DNA of 64,000 bases from Euglena gracilis (Eukaryota), in assembly GCA_039621445.1 (NCBI GenBank), contig CP154954.1, positions 39,393,816 through 39,457,815 of the forward strand. Direction: 5' to 3'. A model generated the notes under the pieces. The model was given only the letters and a program-made list of their open reading frames with translations. It did not search any database and was not told the origin of the DNA. The translations under genes were made by a program, and so were the position numbers. Position 1 is the first letter of the stretch. Each line of letters starts with the position of its first letter. Below are positions 57,051 through 64,000 of the stretch, in pieces.

Positions 57051-60000
57051 ATGTCCCGGATGGATCTGGACGACGAGCCCGCCAACGGGCTGAAGCGTGA
57101 CTTGGAGGAGGACGAGGCGGAGGAGGAGGAGGAGGCGGAGACGGAGGGGGAGGGCGGGCACTCCCCCAAGCGGTACCGCCGGGATGGCCCCGCTGACAGC
57201 GCCAGCCCGCCGGACTTCTCCGCCCAGCACTGGTCTCACGGCGCGCACGCATCCCCCCACCCCCATGCCTGGCCGTCTGAGCATTTGTTGCCCGAAAAGA
57301 AGGGCTTGAGACATTGTACTCCACCGGATTCGAGGAGCATCGGGAAGGCCCCGGTCGGTGTTGGCAGGAGCTGGGAACCCCCAAATTGGATGTTTTTGAC
57401 AAAATTTATCAGAAATGGCATTTTTGATGATGGTCGGTCTCATAAGAATTTCCAAATCAGTTTTGGGCGTTTTGCGACCGAAAAAATCATCACCAGTGCT
57501 TTTCATTTTTCTCCACGAGGGGGGTTATAAGTGGGGGAGGTCATCAGTAGGGAGTTTATAAGGACACACCCAAGAACGGTATGGGTGGGTGTGGGTGTGG
57601 GTGTGGGTGTGTTTGAGTAGAATTGGAACGTGCGAAGTTAAAATAATTCACATCGTCCCGTCATATCTGCCTTCAAGCCCCCCACAGGGAAGCCTGCACC
57701 GTGTCTGGTCCTCGCGGTGCTGCCCCCAGCCCACCGGCCCTGTCGCCGTCCCCCGCCGACGGCGACGTCTGCCCGTCCCCCGGCCTCGGCCTGCGGTCGC
57801 CGCCGTTCTTCTCCGGCCTCGTGGAGCGCCTCGGCAGCGCGGCCCGCGCCCCGCTGCCGCTGTCACTGCCTGTGGGGGGGGGGGGGGGCAACCCAGCAGA
57901 AGTCTGGGGGGGGGGCAAGTGGTGGGTGGCCAAGCTTTTCGTCCCTAAAAGGGATGTTTCTCCCGTTGTCCCCCGCGGGTATTTCAGGTTTCAACCCACT
58001 TCCGCATTTTGTACCGGAAAGTCGTCCTTTGCTTGCAGTTTCCCCTGGGGCGGGCTCCATCAGGGTGTCGGGGCCCTGAAGGTCTGTGGCCCCCTTTGGG
58101 GAAAGCCCAATGGTGTTGGGGTGAACCTTGGATTGCATTCCGCTCCCTTTGATGGAAGGAGGTTGTCATGGCTTTTGGTGGGCGTGCTCCCTACCGTAGG
58201 GGAAGTTCGACCCCCCCCCCACCTGCCAAGGGCTTAGGTGGCGTAACTTGAGCATTTTTGTTTTGAAGGGTTGGGGTCCAGGTTTTTGAACTGTTTGTGA
58301 TACACCGTCCCTCCATTTGTTTATTTTCTGGTGGTAAACATCCTCAGGAACACAAATTTGTTTTGACGCTCTGAAACTCGTCGCTGAGCTGTGAAACCCA
58401 CTGACCTCTCCAAAGTGAAGTATATGCAAGAGCAAGGACCGGGCTTCTCGTGTATTTTTGGCATACAGATGTACATATACAGATCCATCCATCCATCCAT
58501 CCATCCATCCATCCATCCATCCATCCATCCATCCATCCATCTGTCCGTCCATCCTTCCTTCTACCCATCCATCCACCCATCCATCCATCCACCAATACGC
58601 AAAACTCCAGTCTGCGCCCCCCCCCCCTCCCACACGCCATTTCATATTCTGATGGTTGATTGTGCTCCATTTCGCAAATGGACCAAAGTTTTGTTTTAAT
58701 TTTGAAGCCTTTACAATCGAGACAAGATGAGAAGGAGGAGGGCAGCGTGCGGAGTTGTTGTGCTCAAAGTGGAGGTGCTGTGCGTCTGAGAAGGTCAAAT
58801 AAAGTATGTCACGGCATTGTCTTATAATGGCCTCCGACACCAAGATTTTCAACTCAGTTGACACATCTATTTCCAGCCAATGTATTGTGCCTCATTTTCA
58901 GACTAAAATGCTGGGGGGGGGGTAAAGGTCACCGTTAAATTTATGCAACCCAGAAATACCGTTTATTTTGAGGGTCAAAAATTGTTTTTCATAGGCTCAA
59001 CTGCGGACAACACACCTCTAGTTGGTATGTGTGTTAAGTTGCACAAGTGGTCAGTGTGCAGATGCGCAACCGACCAAACAGATTATTTGCGCATTGTGCA
59101 AACCAATGTTGTTTGTGGAATTTCACAACGCACCAATTTCAGCTTGCACATGTGGCCCGTTCACAGATTTGTGCAAATGGTTCATTTGCGCACTTACACC
59201 AATCATTGGGTTCTCACAAATTCAAAATTGGGATGCTGCTCCCAATTTGGGAGCAGCATTCGATATCAAGGGCAGGTGGGGCAGCTCCAGCCACCTCCTT
59301 TCGGTCAATGGGGGGGGGAGGAACACCACCCCCACCTAAATAGTGGCACAGCCAAAGTGACCAAAAAGTTCCCCAGAAATGGATCCAAAATGCCACTTTG
59401 GGGTTTTTTTGGCAAAAAAGAATAATCAAAATCCCAAAACCCAAGCACGGCAAAATGTGATCTGGTGCCCCAGGACGGGGAGATGGAAGCAGGGACTTTG
59501 CCAGTCAGGGTGCCTCAGAGCAAGTGTCACCAGATGCATCCGGGGTACACAACCCCAAACGTGTTTGTTTGGAAACCTTCCATCGGTTACCTCATGAACA
59601 TGGGGTGGAAGGTTTGGGGAGGGGAGGCAGCCTTCCCCGGAACTGCCCCCTCGGCCAGGGGCCGGGGGTCCCCCCGCACACACCCCAGCCGGGCGCGGCA
59701 GCCGTCCAGTCAGTGGGCCTCCCCCTTCCGGGCGGCGGTCCCCACCAAGGCCGCCCCGCCCCGCCCCGCCCCGGCCGCTGCGCCGCGGGAGCCGGCCAGC
59801 CTGCGCCCCACCACCCGCCGGGGCTGGGCCGGGGCCGGGGGCCCGCGGGAATGCCTCCGATCGCCTGCCCACGTGGGGGTCCCACCCACCCACGATAACA
59901 CACACACACACACGCACATGCACATGCCCGCAAACACACCTCCCCAATGTTTGCAGCCGGGGGGGACCACACCCCAGCCAGCACATCGTTGTTTTTTTTT

Positions 60001-60458
60001 CTTCCAGCCAGCAGCTCCGCCGGGGTGTGGGATCCTCCTCTGGCGGTCTGCTGTACGAAAGGTTGGCCAACCACAGCTGGGGTGAGCCGAACCGTTCGAA
60101 AACGGGGTCACTGGCGGAGGTTTTTTCAGAACTTTGTGGGGGGGGGCACAACCACGCAACTGGAAAGGAAAGAAACTGACTGGAAGTCCAGCCCGCTGCT
60201 GGGATGGACCTACCTGGTGGGCACCTGGAAACAAAGCAAAAACCGTCCAGAGCCACTTTTTGGCGCTTCCTTGACTACCATCCCTCTCCTCCGCAGTCCA
60301 GCCCACCCAACAGTCCTCCACACCACCTCTGGCCTCCACTGTCAAGCTGCCGCCTTCAAAGGCCATCCCACTTCCTTCGTCATTGCACAAGCACCAGCCC
60401 AATGGGCAACGATGCTCGATTTTTGTTCCAGCCATCCGTCGCCTTGGCCGTACCTGAA
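57051..60458 (+). CDS. Probable spliced gene for a low-complexity acidic / Pro-rich protein of unknown function (exons about 57051-57232, 57730-57861, 59689-59822, 60297-60458)
   Basis: GC-rich islands with cag acceptors and compatible phases: [28 protein letters not shown]...PKRYRR / [11 protein letters not shown]...VERLG / [14 protein letters not shown] / [10 protein letters not shown]...IRRLGRT-stop; last junction needs a GC donor. Confidence 0.5.
58483..58592. repeat. (ATCC)n microsatellite
   Basis: Direct inspection. Confidence 0.95.
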
Positions 60459-61895
60459 GCGGACAGCAGATTCCACAACCCTTCTCCCATGCATATGGAG
60501 GGAAGTGGTGCTTGCTCGCGTTGCTGCCCTCGTGGTGGTCCTGGCCAAGCCCCTCTGTTGGTTGGTCGTTCCCCATGCGGATTAACTGCTCTTCAACACG
60601 CACGGTCGCTCGCAGTCGTTGCATTGTTGGACTGGTTGGTGACTTTGTTTGGAACCTCTCCTTTGCACTCTGGTTTGAGGAAGCCGTGGCAAAAAAGAAA
60701 GTGTGCGGGGGGGGGTGAAAATCAGAGAGTGAGATTATCACCCTGCATAGATGCATTATTGGAAGGAAAGATTTCGTTGTTGGTTCTTTTTTTTCAGGAG
60801 CAGACAAAGCCCTGGTGGTGTGCATGTGTGGTCATTACAGGGCCTCAGTGCTGATTTTATTTCAAATAAAGGAACTGGAGCCGGCAGGGGGGGGGGGCAG
60901 GTATTTAGGTCCCAAACGAGCCTAAATAAACTGGAAGAAAAAATTTCCCGAAATTCCTGAAAACCCTGATTGCCTTAAATGAAAGTTTCATAGCAAACGG
61001 TAAGGCCGTAAAGCGCAGCTGTTCATGGACCATTCGTTCCTGGCTGCTGGTGTGGATGATCATATTTGTTTGGCCACAGATACGTCCTCGAACACTGCAT
61101 CAGCAAGGCATCTCAGGCACATACAAAATGATAGGATGCCAAAAATGGCTTGAATTTGTCATGCTGAATTTTTTCTTGGTAATTGTCAGTACAAAGTCGC
61201 TGGAAGTTCCAGAGTTATTCTTTCACCTGGGGGGGTACCTGGACCCCAAAAAAATTGCTGGCAGTTTTGCAAATTTAAGAACATCCCATCAAAGGTGCTC
61301 AAATTGTATAATTGGCAATCTTGGGGGTCAACATTGTTCGGCTGAAAAATGGGTCATTGTGGTCTGTTTAGGTGGTGGGGGTCTGGACCAAGATTCTTTT
61401 GAACACCTCTGGGGGTGGCTTGTGCAATGGGTTGCCTGTCCATAGCAAGCAAAACAGGGGGGGGGTCGGCTTTGGTTTCGGCCGAGGCCAACTCTGCTGA
61501 TCTCCCCCTCGAAATGGCCATTTCAGGCCCTCCTGAGTGTAGTAACGCTGAATATTCCCACCCCTAAATGAAATTTTGAACAAACCTGATTGGACGCCTG
61601 ACATTAGTGCCCCAGAGGTTTGGGACCACTATTAAGATGGGGGATTAGCCACCTTGGGCCCGGAAAGTACAAAACACAAATCGGCACCCGAGTCTGGGCG
61701 GGTATACCAAAAATCCCTGACTTGCCAGATTTATGTTGTTTTCGGGATACTGAGTGAGAAAAGGATGGGCCGTCGTCATGGATAGGGCCTGGGTCAGGCT
61801 TTTGTCCTCATGTTTGGCCAATTTTAGTTCAGTCGTGCCTCAGGGGAAAGGCTGGAAAATTGGAAAAAGGCTGCGTTTTTTCTAAGTATTGCACC

Positions 61896-62247
61896 CAGGG
61901 TTTGATATGAGGAGGGCGTACGGGGTTTAGGTGGGGGGTGTCCCCCCACCCCCCCCCCTCCTGGCCCGCAGGGGGGGTCCCTGGGGGGGGTACCCGGGAC
62001 CCCCCCAACAGGGTCAATTTTTTCCTCCGGCGCTTCGCGTCGATTTTTTTTGCATTTTTGGCAAATTTTTGCCCAAAAGTGCCCAAAATTGCACTTTTGG
62101 TCGTTTTGGGGGGTCAAAAAATTTCGGTCACCCGGACCGCGCCACTGTTTAGGTGGGGGGGGTGTCCCCCCCCCCCCCCCCCCCCCTCCTGGCCCGCAGG
62201 AGGGGGGTCCGGACCGCCCCCCCCACCTGTCCTTACATCAAACCCTG
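61896..62247. mobile_element. hAT-type MITE, same family as 38209-38612
   Basis: TIR CAGGGTTTGATATGAGG / CCTTACATCAAACCCTG, perfect TSD ATTGCACC, collinear interior. Confidence 0.92.
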
Positions 62248-64000
62248 ATTGCACCACATGTAAAGTTTTTCGAGTACATTTAAATATGCCCCAATTTGCA
62301 GGTGATGAAAAATCAATGTCAAGCAACGTTTTTATGGATTCTCATCAACACCGTGCATTTGTATTTTGATGGGGGGCTATGTTTTTTGCGCCTCAAATAT
62401 GGGGTTCATTCTGGGCGCCAAATCAAGCATCCCACGGGGGATTCTACAAGCAAATAAACCCAAAGCCCTCGTTTCTCCTAAAACTTGCCATCATTCCGCT
62501 GAGCAGACCATGATGGGGTTGACAGATATTCTTGAGGGTGGGAAGCCCAGAAAACCTGGTCCCGGGGACTGGCTGCCAGTTTTGCCACAGCTAATTTTCG
62601 GGCATCGAGACATTTCGCCACAAAAATCATGCCCCCAACCCCCCCTTTTCACCTAAAAATTACCATCATTCTGCTAATTCGGGTAGAATAAACACTTGCC
62701 GCAAATTATGACAAACCGACAACCTGATCACATCCACACATATACCTGGTGACTGTTTACACCCATTCCCACACATCCGGTAGTTTGAAGCGGGGGGGAT
62801 ATGCAACAGTGACCCTCGAAAAGCACGACACAAAAAAAACACACAAAAATGCAAAAAAAAACACGCAAGTTGCAAGTTAAATCCCGTAGGAGGTCCCCCA
62901 GGATGCACACTGTCTGCTGGAGAAGACGGAGATAATTTTTTACCTCTGCATTGGAGGAGTTTTCATTGTACAAAATAATATGCAACTTTCTGACCCAAAA
63001 ATGCAAAAGCTTTCACAAAAAAATGACAAGAATTTTGGTCTCGGGGGGAAATTGGAGCCAAAAGATGAGGAGTTTTTCAGAATAAAAAAATTCCAGCAAA
63101 ATCGCCAAAAAAATCACAAAAAAAAACCCGCAAAAATTCATAAGAACCCGCTAAATTTTTTGTTTTATACATGACGAAAAGTGCAAAAAAAACCGCAAAA
63201 AAAGAGCGCGTGTGTTCGCCCCCCCCCCCCTTCAAAGGGGCTTCCCCTGGCGGCGGGCTGCTGCCTTGGGCCTCGTCCTCCTCCTCGTGGGCTGGTGGTG
63301 GGGCCGTCCCCGCTATTGCAGCTCCGGGGCAGCCCCGGAGGGTGGCTGTGCCCGGGGCCCGACCCTCCCCGGGAACCATTTTGACTGCTGCCCCCCCCCC
63401 CCCTGAGTGAGTCCATGATGATACATGATGTTTGGCGGCGTCGAGGTGCGCCTTAGCGATGGGTTGCCCCCGGGGACGGGACTGCGCTGATTTGCAGGGG
63501 TTTTGCCGTTATCTGTGGGCAGTGCCTCTGATCTTTTCTCCCCCTAATCCTGGTGTTGGTGTGCTGTGGTATGTGCAAGTGCAGTCGGTGTTGACCGGAA
63601 ATTATGTTTGCTGACCTGGCTGCATCGCAACTCTTCGTCTCCACCTGTTGGATTTCTGTGGCGAAACAGGTTGCGAAGTGGGGACCAGAGCGACCCTCCC
63701 TAAACCCACCCAAATAATCAACCCGAGTCCGGGTTTGTGTGATCCATGCTTTCTGGTAGTGGACAATGCTGATTCGTGTGTACTATTTTGGGAGAATTGC
63801 ACTGAATTTGTTCAGCAGAGGTAATTTGTCGGTCTTTGTTGTGTAGGGGACTGGGCTTAAATCCCAAATCCTGAAAAATATGTTTGCAATGCGGCAATGC
63901 GGTGTACACAAAATAGGATCCTTCCCCAAATGACACTCATTTTCGCCCAAAATGTTTTTTATTGTTTTGCCGTACAGTCTGTAGGGATGACAATCATATG

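Noticed and set aside
55900-60850. Long minus-strand and overlapping ORFs (56006-57100, 56425-57402, 59426-60256, 59710-60825)
   Set aside because: GC-rich, stop-poor sequence that crosses microsatellites; no domain signal

Overview
Repeat-rich eukaryotic nuclear DNA, most likely euglenid (inferred from GTGTG splice donors, one non-GT-AG intron with the euglenid CAG/CTG geometry, and CRE-like fragments). 1-21.3 kb is a nest of decayed retroelements. It holds a Ty3/Gypsy chromodomain element carrying both a Dam-like N6-adenine methyltransferase and a C5-cytosine methyltransferase between gag and protease, an inverted gag fragment of a relative, two RLE (CRE-like) non-LTR 3' ends, and three DIRS/tyrosine-recombinase pieces. 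21.6-55.2 kb holds one host gene that the ORF track misses: an Ariadne-type RBR E3 ubiquitin ligase (about 536 aa, 18 exons, reconstructed by hand with consistent phases). Its introns are full of CAGG...CCTG MITEs with 8-bp target-site duplications, a hAT transposase remnant and satellites. One such MITE sits inside the coding sequence. Removing it as a euglenid-type nonconventional intron (50438-50772) removes the element plus one TSD length and restores the frame. A small low-complexity spliced gene probably follows at 57.0-60.5 kb. All calls are by eye; no searches were run.
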